Source: an uncultured Actinomycetes bacterium (lineage in GTDB: Bacteria; Actinomycetota; Thermoleophilia; Gaiellales; Gaiellaceae). From it: a stretch of DNA of 64,000 bases. The stretch covers positions 5,179-69,178 of the forward strand of contig CAVPLG010000002.1 of NCBI GenBank assembly GCA_963705945.1, in the 5' to 3' direction. Each line of letters begins with the position of its first letter. Position 1 is the first letter of the stretch. A model generated the notes under the pieces. That model ran no database searches and was not told where the DNA came from. It was given only the letters and a program-made list of their open reading frames with translations. This document shows, one piece after another, positions 1 through 10,640 of the stretch. The translations under genes were made by a program, and so were the position numbers.

Positions 1-179
1 AGTCGCTGCCCGAGAGCCTCGGCGAGGCGATCGCGGCCGCCGAGGAGTCGAGGTGATGGAGGACGCTTCGGCCCGAGCTCCACCGAGACCGGCTGCTGGC
101 GCTGAAGCGGCGCGAGTGGGACGAGTACCGGGTGCAGCTGTCGGCCTGGGAGCTCGACCGCTACCTGCCGATGCTGTAG
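1..179 (+). CDS. glnA: glutamine synthetase, 3' end only (gene starts upstream of the window)
   Basis: Translation gives ..SLPESLGEAIAAAEES. After a 1-nt frame change near nt 55 it continues ..LGPELHRDRLLALKRREWDEYRVQLSAWELDRYLPML-stop (TAG 177-179). This is the conserved GS C-terminal pattern (K-x-x-EW-x-x-Y ... WE-x-x-RYL). Confidence 0.55.
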
Positions 180-189
180 CCGTGGATCG

Positions 190-990
190 GCCAGGCCCAG
201 GTCATGCGTTCCCTGCGGGGCGCCCGGCCCGGCCGCCGGCCGGAACCCGTCGCCGTCCCAGACTTGCGGCTGCACGTGCACGCCTTCCGCGTTGAGCGTG
301 ATCACGTTGCTGGCGTTGGGCTGCCCGCGGCGCCGGCGCGAACGCGGTTCCGGCCCTGCACCGACGGCCCGCCGTCGCCGCCGACCACGTCGGCGCAGCC
401 CACCGTGCAGGTGGCCGGCCAGCAGCAGCTCCACGCCCGCGTCGCGGATGGCCGAAGCGCCGCCTCGCGGCAGTGTACCGCGATCGCCTTGGGCAGCGAC
501 GGCGGCGGCAGGAACGGGTGGTGGGTGACCAGCACCCGCCAGGGCACGCGGCAGCGGCGCCGGCGAAGTTGGATGCGGATCAGCTGCACCTGGGCCGGTG
601 AGATGCCGCCCTCCTTCCAGCGCGCCGGCCGGGTCGTGTTCAGCCCCAGCACGGCCAGGTCGTTATCCACGTGGAAGGGGTTCAGCTCGTCGGTCAGCAT
701 CGATCGGTAGCGGCCCATCGGTGACAGCGCCCGCCGGGTGACGTCGTAGAGCGGTATGTCGTGGTTGCCGGGCACGACCAGCAGCGGGCCCAGCCGGTCG
801 AGGTACACCCGGCGGCCGCGAACTGGCGGCGCCGGGCGCGCTGCGTGAGGTCGCCGCTGACCACGGTCAGGCGCGGACGCAGCTCCGCGATGTCGTCCAG
901 CAGCCGCGCCGCCATCGTCCAGTCCTCGGTGCCGAAGTGCAGGTCGGACAGGTGCGCGAGGATGATCGCGGGCGGCTCGGGCGCGCTCAT
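190..990 (-). CDS. metallophosphoesterase (calcineurin-like)
   Basis: ATG at 990 (ATGA overlap with the ligase stop at 987). Motifs AIILAHLSDLHFG, VVSGDLTQ, VVPGNHD, VLVTHHP and (manual translation) IRDAGVELLLAGHLHGG are spread over three frames (ORFs 694..1281, 302..1264). The 3' end is approximate. Confidence 0.7.
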
Positions 991-1921
991 CGATCGATCT
1001 GGTCGACGAGGCACTCTGGGAGCTTGTCGTCGCGGAAGCGCAGCAGCTTCGCGCCGTGGCGGATGCGCCCGCCGCTGGTGTGCTCGATCTGCACCTCGCA
1101 GACCAGCTCCGGCCGCAGGCTGTGCCAGGCGGTGTCGCGCTCGCCCGTCCAGCGGTTGGGCCCGGGCTCGCCGTGCTCGCCGGTCTCGAGCGGCCTGACC
1201 ACGTCGAGCAGCTCGCGCGCCCGCTTGGCCGTGAAACCGGATGTCTGTCCCCCACGTGCCGCATCTCCCCGTCCTTGTCATAGAGGGCCAGGATCAGCGA
1301 TCCCGACGGCGCCGCCGGCCTTGCGCTCGCGCCAGCCGATCGCGACGGCGTCGATCGTGCGCTGCCGGCGCACCTTCACCATGCCCACGCGCTCACCCGG
1401 GCGGTAGGGAGCGTCGTCCACCTTGGCGACGACGCCCTCCCGCTCCTGCAGCCAGCGGGCCGCGCGCTTCCGGTCGGTGGTCTGGTCGATCAGGATCACC
1501 GGGTCGGCCACCACCCGCTCCAGCAGCGCCCGCCGTGCGGCCAGCTCCTCGTCGAGGGTGACGGTGTCCTCGTTCGCGAGCAGGTCGAACGCGACGAAGC
1601 GCCGAGCATGTGCTCGGCCAGCGTCTTCTCGCGCAAGGCGGCCGGGTGGTACGGGTGCTGGAGTGCTCGAAGTCTTCGCCTCGCCAGTCCGGGATGATCA
1701 GCTCGCCGTCCAGCACGTAGCAGCCAGGCAGGAAGCGCAGCTGGGGAAGTAGCGGTAGATCGGCTTGCCGTTCCGCGACTGCAGCAGGTGCGAGTCGCCG
1801 TCGACGAAAGACGATCGTGCGGAATCCGTAGGCTCGGGCTTGCCCCACCTCGCCCTGGGCAGCTCGTCCATGGGCTTGGCCAGCTGGGGCTTGATCGAGT
1901 CGCTTGACTGGAAGTGTTCAT
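987..1921 (-). CDS. ATP-dependent DNA ligase (LigC / LigD ligase-domain type), frame-interrupted
   Basis: Fragments in ORFs 1698..2405, 1393..1848, 1278..1514 and 987..1202: IKPQLAKPMDELP, VDGDSHLLQSRNGKPIYRYFP, YVLDGELII, EGVVAKVDDAPYRPGERVGMVKVRRQRTIDAVAIGW, GGRIRHGAKLLRFRDDKLPECLVDQ. At least 4 frame changes. ATG at 1921. Confidence 0.75.
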
Positions 1922-1971
1922 AAGGGCACTCACCGTATAAAACAGAACCCGCATTTCTTGCACACTCACGT

Positions 1972-3014
1972 ATGGCCGCCACCAACCGTACGGCTGGGCG
2001 CCCTCGAGCTGCTGACCGACACGATCGCGAGCGGTCGACGCCTCGCTCGACCTCGACGTCGTGTTCGAGCGGATCGCCGCCAAGGTAACCTCCGCGCTCG
2101 AGGCCGACGCCTGCTTCGTCTACCTGTACGACGAGACGGACGACGTGCTCGAGCTGCGCGCCACACACGACGGACGCTTCGGCGACCCCAGCCACCGCCC
2201 GCGCATGCACCTGGGCGAGGGCATCGCCGGGACGTCGGCGGCCGAGGGCCATCCGGTCATGATCGCCGAGGCGGCCCACCTGGACGCGCGCTTCGTCGCT
2301 GCCCAACCTATGCCGAAGGGCGTTGCCGGTGATCCTGGCCATGCCGCTGCTCGCGCGCGACCGCCCTGGAGGGGGCGCTGAACGTGCGCACGCGGCTGCC
2401 CGCACCTCGGAGAGGATCAGGTGGCGCTGCTGACCGCCATCGCAGGGCAGGTCGGGCAGGCCATCGAGAACGCGAAGCTGTACGAGCAGACGCGTGCGCG
2501 GGTGTCGAGCTGGAGTCGCTGGCCGTCCAGGAGATCACCACCGGGTCCGGACCGCAACCTGCAAGCCGTGGCCTCGCTGCTGCGCCTGCAGGCGCGCGCG
2601 ATCGACGATCCGGCCGCCGAGCGGGCGCTCGACGAGAGCGTGCGCCGGATCCTGTCGTGCGCGGGGCCGTGCGCGACCTGCTGACCACCTGGCATCACGA
2701 CGACGTCGACTATCACGGGCTGATGGGCGGCTGGAGGCGATGCTGGGCAGGGCCTGGGAGGGCGCGAGGTGGAAAGCGGCTGCAGCCGGTGGTGCTACCA
2801 GCCACGGGCGACGGCATGGCGCTGGTCTTCCAGACTGTTCCAAAACACGCTCGAGCACGGCCGCGGGCGCATCTCGGTGGAGCTGCGTGCGCGAGCAGCA
2901 GCAGCATCATGCATGAGCGTTGGCGACGAGGGTCAGGGCCGCCGCCGGGCCGCGCGGGGGGCTGGGCCTGACGATCGCTCAGCGCTCCTGCGCGAGGGGC
3001 TGCGCAGGCATTGA
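1972..3014 (+). CDS. pdtaS: GAF-domain sensor histidine kinase with HisKA_2/HWE-type H-box (PdtaS-like), frame-interrupted
   Basis: ATG at 1972 follows an AT-richer spacer. GAF segment: DLDVVFERIAAKVTSALEADACFVYLYDETDDVLELRATH..GEGIAGTSAAEGHPVMIAEAAHLDARF. Then VALLTAIAGQVGQAIENAKLYEQTRARV and the H-box remnant NLQAVASLLRLQARAIDDPAAERALDESVRRIL. ATPase region: TALALVFSELFQNTLEHG-like and GLGLTIAQ-like (manual translation). It lies adjacent to an ANTAR regulator. Confidence 0.65.
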
Positions 3015-3034
3015 GCCTCCGAGGGAAGGCGGTG

Positions 3035-3608
3035 GTGCGAGATCTCCGGCCGTGTCCTGATCCGCGAGACCGACCGTTCTCCGACTGGACGTGCAGGCAG
3101 TGCTGGAGCAGGCCGGTTCGAGGTGGTGGCCAAGGCCAGGGACGGTCGCGAGGCGGTGGCGCTGGCCGCGCGGCGCCGGCCGACCTGGCGGTGATGGGCG
3201 TCAAGTGCCAGAAGCTTGACGGCATCGAGGCCGCCCGCCAGATGCTGACAGCGGCAGATCCAGATCGTGATGCTGACAGCGTTCTCGAAGCGCGCTGGTG
3301 CAGGCCGTGCCGTCAACGCCGGCGTGTTCGGCTACCTGGTGAAGCCGTTTCGCGAGAGCGACCTGTTACCGGCCATCGAGGCAGCGCGGGCCCGCCACGC
3401 CGAGCTACAGGCTCTGCGCGACGAGGCGGGATCGCTGCGCGACGCGCTGGAGGCGCGCAAGCTGATCGAGCGCGCCAAGGGCCTGCTGATGGAGAAGGAC
3501 GGGCTCAGCGAGGGGGAGGCGTTCGCGCGTCTGCGCGGCGCCAGCCAGCAGACCGGGAGGCCGTTGCGCGAGGTCGCACAGGCGGTGTGTGCAGCGTTCG
3601 GAGATTGA
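3035..3608 (+). CDS. pdtaR: response regulator with ANTAR RNA-binding output domain (PdtaR-like), frame-interrupted
   Basis: REC part: RVLIRE..LRLDVQAVLEQAGFEVVAKARDGREAVALAARRRPDLAVM..LDGIEAARQ, MLTAFS..AVNAGVFGYLVKPFRESDLLPAIEAA. ANTAR part: LEARKLIERAKGLLMEKDGLSEGEAFARLRGASQQTGRPLREVAQAV (ORF 3267..3608). The start is approximate. Confidence 0.75.
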
Positions 3609-3625
3609 CCATAAGCCAGATCATG

Positions 3626-3654
3626 TTGACCAATACGCACGAGGCACGTACGTT
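3626..3654 (+). promoter_or_regulatory. sigma-70-like promoter candidate
   Basis: TTGACC (3626-3631), 17-nt spacer, TACGTT (3649-3654; fits the TAnnnT -10 pattern). It sits in the AT-richest stretch of the window (about 48% GC at 3601-3660), upstream of the orphan ORF. Confidence 0.3.
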
Positions 3655-3709
3655 AGAGACGAAGTAGCAGGTCTACCACCTTGAAAGAGGCGGCTCCAAC
3701 TGATGGAAC

Positions 3710-4190
3710 GTGAGGCTCCCGTCAGCCAGGGTTGCGATTTGCGATCCGAGCGAGATCTCAACCGTGGGCATCGCACATTCGCTGTCGAGGCAGGGTATGG
3801 ACGTTGCCGGCATCGCACTCGAACCCGTCGCTGCCTTCTCGTTGATTGGCAGCGGTTTGGCCAATGTGACGATCGATGGGACCCCCCGATGCGCTGACCC
3901 CGGGGAAGATCACCTGGGAGACCGTGAACGGCCCGCAGGGAGGGCTCTCGATCGCACAGCAGGTCGCCAGCGACATCCCCGGGTTGAACTGGAGCTCCTA
4001 CTACCTCGACCAGAAGAACCCCACGGGCTCGTCGGAGCAGGCGGTGCACGGGCGATGCCACCGCCTACGGGTCAAGCGGTCCCTGATCGACCAGGCGATA
4101 CCGAACACCGACCCACGATCGGCGCCTGCAACACCCTCGAGGCGACCCGCACGCTGTTCTTCGACTACGCCCGGGCGGGTGAACGGCCAG
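3710..4190 (+). CDS. hypothetical protein (orphan; no family recognised)
   Basis: ORFs 3710.. and 3876.. join at the C6 run at 3882-3887: ..MDVAGIALEPVAAFSLIGSGLANVTIDGTP/DALTPGKITWETVNGPQGGLSIAQQVASDIPGLNWSSYYLDQKNPTGSSEQ.. then ..TIGACNTLEATRTLFFDYARAG. Local GC is about 57%, against about 70% elsewhere. Start and stop are uncertain. Confidence 0.3.
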
Positions 4191-4264
4191 AGGCGCGCCG
4201 GCGCAGACCGTCTCCCCCCTTCAGGTCTCGGTCGCGCCACACGACTGAGCGCGTCGACGCGCCG

Positions 4265-5935
4265 TTATATCCGCACAGTCTCGGCGCCGAGCTCGGCGGC
4301 GATCGCGATCTCTGGCGAGTAGTCGATCGGGACGACCACGAGCGACGGTCCGTCGGTGGCGAGCGCCCGCCTGAGGCTGCGGGAGTAGTCCTCGACCGAC
4401 TCGCAGCGCCAGGCGGGCATCCCGAAGGACTCGGCGAGGCCGACGAAGTCGGGTTGAGAAGTCGGTTCCGAAGTGACGGCCGAACTTCTTGTCCTGCTTC
4501 CAGACGATCGACCCGAACTGCCGTTCCTCCCAGACGACGTTGACGAACCCGGTCCGCAGCCGCTTCGCCGGTCTCGAGCTCTGGGCGTTCATCAGGAAGC
4601 CGCCGTCGCCGGACACCGCGACGACGTTTCGATTCGGTCTGACGAGCTTCGCGGCGATCGCCGCCGGGACCGCGAATCCCATTCCCGCGAGCCCGTTGGC
4701 GATCAGCACGGTGTTCGGCTCGTGCGCCGGCCACAGCCGCCCGATCCAGAGCTTGTGCAGCCCGACGTCGGAGACCAGGATGTCCTCGCGCCCGAGCAGC
4801 CGGCGGATCTCGAGCAGTGCCCGCGGCGGACGGATCGGGAACGAGTCGTCCTCGCCGGCGACCTCGAGCCGGCCGATCACCGCCTCGCGCAGGCGGTCCG
4901 AGCCGCCGCCGGAGGTCGTCTGGCGGCACTCCTCGGTCAGCCGCGAGACCGTCGTGTAGATGTCGCCGACCAGCTCGACCTCCGGGATGAAGAATTCGTC
5001 GGTCTCGGCGGGAACCGAGTCGACGCAGACGATTCGCCGGTCGCGGTTCGGGTTCCAGAGCTCGGGTGAGTGTTCGACGAGGTCGTAGCCGACCGCGATC
5101 ACCAGGTCCGCGTCGTCGAACCCGGCCATGTCGAAGTCCCCGGCCTGGAGGCCGACGGCACCCAGCGCCCGCTCGGAGTCGGCGTCGATTAGCCCCTTGC
5201 CCATGAACGTCTCGGCGACCGGGATCTCGGTGGCGCGGGAGAACTCGCGCAGCGCCGGCGCCGCACGCGCCCGCGCTACCCCGTTTCCCGCGAGGATGAT
5301 CGCCCGCTCGGACCCGTTGATGATCGCCGCCGCGTCGAGCAGCAGGCGAGCCGGCGGCTCGACCGTCGGCACCGGCGAGCGCCGCAGCGGCTCGCGCGGC
5401 GCCTCCGGCGGGCACCTCCGCCGCCATCACGTCCTCGGGAAGCTCGAGGTGGGTCGCTCCGGGCTTCTCGGACTCGGCGACCTTGAACGCCTTGCGAACG
5501 ACCTCGGCGGTGATCGACGGCTCCGAGAGGCGCGCGTTCCACTTCGTGATCGGGGCCATCAAGCCGACGATGTCGATGTGCTGATGCGACTCCTTGTGCA
5601 TCCGCTCCATCTCGGCCTGTCCCGTGAGCGCGACGAGCGGCGCACGGTCGAGGTACGCGTCGGCGACCGGGGTCACCAGGTTGGTCGCGCCGGGGCCGAG
5701 CGTCCCGAGGCAGACGCCGGCGTGGCCCGGTGAGCCGCCCGTAGACGTCGGCGATGTAGGCGCCGCCCTGCTCGTGTCGAACCGGGACGAACTCGATCTC
5801 GCTGGCGGCGAGGGCGGCGTTCAGGTCCAGGGTCTCCTCGCCCGGGATCCCGAAGACGTGGCGCACGCCCTCCTCCGCGAGGCAGCGGACGAGGAGCTCG
5901 GCGGCGGTCAGCGACACCCGCCGAAGGCTACGCAA
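4265..5935 (-). CDS. thiamine-diphosphate enzyme, catabolic acetolactate synthase (AlsS)-like, frame-interrupted
   Basis: AAELLVRCLAEEGVRHVFGIPGEETLDL..VPVRHEQGGAYIADVYGRLTG / LGPGATNLVTPVADAYLDRAPLVALTGQ..HQHIDIVGLMAPITKW / AIILAGNGV..ETFMGKGLI..ANGLAGMGFAVPAAIAAKL..VVAVSGDGGFLMN / FVNVVWEERQFGSIVWKQ..; ends ..AELGAETVRI-stop (TAA 4265-4267). At least 3 frame changes. Confidence 0.8.
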
Positions 5936-5950
5936 CCGGCGAGTTCGTCC

Positions 5951-6597
5951 TCAGTCGTTACTCCACTCGAACTCGTACATCTGGGCGTACGTGTTCTCGT
6001 GCGAGAACGACAGCGGATCGTCCGGAGTCCACTTTCCACTCGGCGCTGTTGCCGATCTCGGCGAGCTTGTACTCGAAGCCGTCCGGGAGGTCGATTCGCA
6101 CCCGGTGCTCGCCGCTGTCGGGGATCTCGGGGTTGACGATCGGCTCGACCCGGCTCTCGCCGACGCCCTCGAGCTGGAAGGTGGCCACGGCGGGCGTCGC
6201 GGTCGACGTCGAGCTCGATCGGAGCGACGATCGGGTCTCGAACCTCGGAGACGACCGCGGAGATGATCTCGAAGAAGGTGCCGCCGTGCTGGCCGCTGGT
6301 GATCGCCAGGACGGCGTCGCGCTGCTCGTCGCTCGCGCGCTCGTCGACCACCGGCTGGCCGACGCCCTTCCCCTCGTGGATCGGGCCGGGCCAATGGACG
6401 GCGAAACCGAAGCGGACGCCGTCGAGCGACACGTCGCCGAACGTCCCCTCGTTGATCTCCCAGGCGAGCAGTGCCTCGCAGTAGCCGTGGGTGGGCAGGT
6501 CGTTGAACTGACACGGACACGCCCAGTCGCAGTTGCACGACCCGGCGTGGTGTCCAGTCAGGCGCCACGGCGTTTGACCGTTCGCGTTCATCGTCAC
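5951..6597 (-). CDS. DUF1326 domain protein, frame-interrupted
   Basis: MTMNANGQTPWRLTGHHAGSCNCDWACPCQFNDLPTHGYCEALLAWEINEGTFGDVSLDGVRFG..VVDERASDEQRDAVLAITSGQHGGTFFE.., then ATFQLEGVGESRVEPIVNPEI..RIDLPDGFEYKLAEIGN, ending ..YEFEWSND. This is the characteristic CxC..CPC motif of the family. Confidence 0.7.
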
Positions 6598-6646
6598 CCC
6601 CGGGGCTCGCTTGCATCGACCACCCTAAGTCCCATCGCCGCGCTCG

Positions 6647-8336
6647 TCAACCGCCGCAGTGAGCCGCGAGCGCGGCCAGCAGGAGCACCGAGTCGGCGGC
6701 GTAGTCGAGCGCCGGCTCGGAGGTGACGTAATCGTCGCGCCGGTCCTCGTAGGTCGCGAAGCGGGTGTTCAGCGGACTGGCCGCCTCGAAGTCCTGGCCG
6801 GTCACGGTACTGCGCGGCGCCGGGCCCCCGACGACCGCGCCGGTCGGCAGCCCGGTGCCGAACACCGAGGCCCAGGTGTGCGGATGCCGCGCCGCGCGCG
6901 GCCCGTAGCCGACGACGAGGCTGCGGCCGAACGGGTTGCGGCCGAGCAGGTAGTCGCGGGCGCCGGCGGCGACGGCGCAACCGTCGGCAAGCCCGTTCGG
7001 GGCCACGGTGGCGAGCGCCGCCAAGGCCCCGCTGCCGCCGTTGGTAGCGGTCGTCCCCCAGGTGAAGAAGCCGGGCATCCCGAACGCGTTCGCGCGCGCC
7101 CGGCGGACCGCGATCCTGCCGTTTCGCCGCAGCACGTCGCAGCCGCGGTCGCCAGCCTCGCCTGGGAGGGGCGGGTCGCCGAACGCACCGCAGGCATCGG
7201 CGGCGGCAAACGATCCGAACGAGTCGACAACACCGAGGTCCCCCTCGCGGTACCGACTGGCGACCGCCGATGAACGCGGTGAAGTCGGTGAGGTAAGAGC
7301 CGTCGCAGGCGCCTGCCATGCAGGTCGCGCGGTAGAGCTCGACCGCGCCCGGCGGCAAGCGAGTCCTCGAAGCTCGAGCCGGTGTAGAAGTTGGCCGCGT
7401 AGTGCGGATAGCCGGCTCGCCGCAGCGGTACCAGCGCATGGTCGGCGGCGACGCCGGCCGCGTACCACTGCTTGGCGAGCCCGAGCAGATCCGGGTCGCC
7501 GGTGCGCCGGTACGCCTGGGCGAGCGCGGTCGCCGCCTTGCCGCCGGTGTCGCCGCCGATACCGGTGTAGGCGAACCGCGTTCCGATCCCGGGTTTCTTC
7601 GAGGCGTCGTCGCCGGCCGGGTCGGCGAAGCCCCGGTTGTGGTCGCGCTCGTCGCCGACCTGGGCGATGAAGACGTCCGGGAACGGATGGGCTTCGGCGA
7701 GCCAACGGACACCGACGTCGGCCTCGGCGTTCAGCGCCGCGGCGTCCGCTGGGTCGAGCAGCGCCGAGGCCTGGAGCAGGGCGGTGGCGAACGCCGTCGT
7801 CTGGGTGAAGTGAAGCGTGTCGCCGGCGTCCATCCAGCCCGCCGGTGATCTCGATCCGCTCGCCACCGTGCGCCGGCGCCGCCGGATGGATGACCGCGTC
7901 GTGAAGGTGCGCGGGCCGATGGATCGGGGACGGCTCGGCGCCGTCGCGGTTGGCCTCGAAAAAGCCGAGGATCGCGGTGAGCGCGGAGCGCGATCCGGAT
8001 TCGACGACCTTCCACGGCCGAGATCGGAGCCGGCCGACCTCGACGCGGTACGCGCCGGGCTCGGTGACCGCGGTGAGGTCCGCGGCGTAGGCGTGGCGCC
8101 AGGGGTCGGGGCGGCCGGGGGTGCGATCGCAGCGTGCCTCGAAGCACGATGTGCCCGCTCGAATCCCTGACGACGAAGCGATTGCCGGCCAGTGCGCGGT
8201 CGGTTCCGACGATCGCGACCTTGCTCTCCGGCGGCGCGCTCGGGCCGCCGACGCGGATCTTCGGCGGGCGCGGCGGCGGCGGCCGCCGCGGGCCGGCCGC
8301 TAGGGCGAGCAGGCCGAGCGCTGCCCACCGCCTCAT
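6647..8336 (-). CDS. secreted glycoside hydrolase family 9 (endoglucanase-like) with N-terminal Ig-like domain, frame-interrupted
   Basis: Signal-like MRRWAALGLLALAAG. CelD_N-like segment KVAIVGTDRALAGNRFVVRDSSGHIVLRGTL. GH9 core: AGWMDAGDTLHFTQTTAFATALLQ, DERDHN. C-terminal segment: NPFGRSLVVGYGPRAARHPHTW..GAVVGGP..YEDRRDDYVTSEPALDYAADSVLLLAAL. Confidence 0.75.
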
Positions 8337-9532
8337 GGTCCGGTCGCCACCCGTGCGACGGCGCGGTTTTCGAACACGCTCTCGAGCGCCGCGTCACGGC
8401 CGACGGCGAGCGCCCCGGTGAGCACGGCGGCGTCGCCGAGGCTCGAGATCTCGATCCGCGGCGCGTACGGCAGGTAGCGGTCCAGCCGCTCGCGGATCGG
8501 GTCGAGCAGCAGATCCCCGTTGACGCCGATGCCGCCGCCGATCACGACCAGCTCGACGTCGACGACCGCGGCCAGCGGGGCGATGTGGCGCGAGATCCGG
8601 CGTGCCTCCTCGCCGACCACCTCCCTGGCGAGCGTGTCCCCGGCGCGCGCCGCGGCGAAGACGGACGGGACGTCGAAGGGCGGCCCCAGCACCGTGTCGC
8701 CGTCCGCTCGGACGCGAGGCGCTCAGCGTACGCCGACAGCGCGTTGGCGCAGGGATCGGACTCGCGCTCGAGGCCGACGCCGAGCGCGTAGTCGACCTCG
8801 CCCGCGGCGCCGTTTCGGCCGCGGTGAAGCGAGCCCCCGAGGACGACCCCAGCCCCGAGTCCGGTGCCGATCTGGAGGAAGACGAAGTCCTCGACGCCGC
8901 GCGCCACGCCGCGCCACTGCTCACCGAGCGCGGCGAGATTGACGTCGTTCTCCACCCTGACGCGAACACCGAGGCGCCGTTCGAGCTCGGAGCCGACGCT
9001 GAGTCCCTCGAGCCCCGCGATGCTCTCGGCGAGGGTGACGCGATCGCCGCCCGAGGCGACGACGCCCGGCACCCCGACGACGGCGCGGTCGATCGCATCC
9101 GAGCCGAGCCCACCGGGTTCGGTGAGGCGGCCGGCGAGGTCGGTGGCCATCTCGATGGCGCGGGTCGCGTCCGCGCCCGCGAGCTCAAGGTCCTCGCGCG
9201 TCCTGACCTCGCCGAGCAGGTTGCACACGGCGCCACGCAGGAACCGGGCCCCGAAGTCGAGCCCGAGCACGAGGGCGGCGTCCGGGACCGGCTCGAAGAA
9301 CGTCGCGCCGTGCTTCGGGCGGCCCGGCGCCGGCTGCGCCTCGCGAACCAGACCCGCGGCGAGCAGGGATTGGAGCGCCAGCGACACGGTCGGCTTCGAG
9401 ATCCCCGACGGTGCGCGAGATCTCGGCCCGCGAGATCGGCGCCTGCTCGCGGATCGCCTCCAGCACCGTGCGCTCGTTGAGGTGGCGAAGCAGTGGCGGC
9501 GTCGCCGCGGCGCGCGGGACCGGCGGTGTCAT
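8333..9532 (-). CDS. ROK-family transcriptional regulator (NagC/XylR-like), frame-interrupted
   Basis: wHTH segment: LLRHLNERTVLEAIREQAPISRAEISR. ROK core: LVLGLDFGARFLRGAV..VVGVPGVV..ENDVNLAALGE..VFLQIGTGLGAGVVLGGSLHRGRNGAAGEV. C-terminal segment: VELVVIGGGIGVNGDLLLDPIRERL..IEISSLGDAAVLTGAL. ATGA overlaps at both ends (8333-8336, 9529-9532). Confidence 0.8.
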
Positions 9533-10640
9533 TCGCTGACCCCGGCCGTGTCCCAGGGGCCGATCCGGTCTCCGGTCTCGGGGTGAAACGCGTGCCCTTC
9601 ACCCGGCCGCGGAGCGAGCTTGAGCCGCTCGCCGGGGGTCGGCGCACGCCACGGATCGACCCGAACGGTGAATTTCGTCTCCCCGGTCGGGAGCTCGGCG
9701 ATGCAGACGGCGTACGCGTCCGAGCCGAGCTCCTCGACCACTTCGACCCGCGTCCCGATCCCTTCGGCGGCGGGTTGCAGAGCTTCCGGCCGCAGGCCGA
9801 CGACGACCTCGCGCAGGCCGTCCGCCGCGGCCGCTGCGGCCGCCGGCCCGAGCTCGATCCAGACCCCGTCGAGGTCGGCGCTGCCGTCCCGGTTGAGCGG
9901 TGCTTGGCAGAGGTTCATGGCGGGGGAGCCGATGAAGCCGGCGACGAATCGGTTGCGCGGCCGGTCGTAGAGCTCGCGCGGAGCGCCGCACTGTTGCAGC
10001 CGCCCGTCGCGAAGCACCGCGACCCGCTCGCCCATCGTCATCGCCTCGACCTGGTCGTGGGTGACGTAGACGGTGGTCACCCCGAGGCGTCGCTGCATGG
10101 CGGCGATGTCGGAGCGCATCGCCACCCGTAGCTTCGCGTCGAGGTTCGAGAGCGGCTCGTCCATCAGGAACGCCTTCGGCTGGCGGACGATCGCCCGACC
10201 CATCGCCACCCGCTGACGCTGTCCGCCCGAGAGCTGCGCGGGCTTTCGCTCCAGCAGCTCGGTGAGCTCGAGCATCTCGGCCGCCTCGCGAACCCGCGTC
10301 GCCCGCTCCGTCTTCGGGACCTTCGCCATCCGCAGCGGAAAGGCGATGTTGTCGGCGACGGTCAGGTACGGGTACAGCGCGTAGTTCTGGAAAGACCATT
10401 GCGATGTCGCGATCCTTCGGCTGTTCGTCGGTGATGTCCTCACCGTCGATGTAGACGGCGCCGGCGTAGACCTCCTCCAGCCCGGCGAGCGCCCGCAGCG
10501 CGGTCGACTTACCAGAGCCCGACGGGCCGACGAGCACCATCAGCTCACCGTCGACGATCGTCGAGGTCGAGGTCGTCGAGGGCCGGCATCTCGCTGCCGG
10601 GGTAGATCACGGTGGTTCGCTCGAAGCGGATCTCAGACAT
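9529..10640 (-). CDS. sugar ABC transporter ATP-binding protein (MsiK/UgpC/MalK type), frame-interrupted near the 5' end
   Basis: [15 protein letters not shown].. / Walker [13 protein letters not shown] / [60 protein letters not shown]; MalK-type C-terminal regulatory domain. Confidence 0.85.

Noticed and set aside
3609-3709. ANTAR dual-hairpin target downstream of pdtaR
   Set aside because: Only a weak 4-bp stem (GTAG-CAGGT-CTAC) is present. There are no paired hexaloop hairpins.
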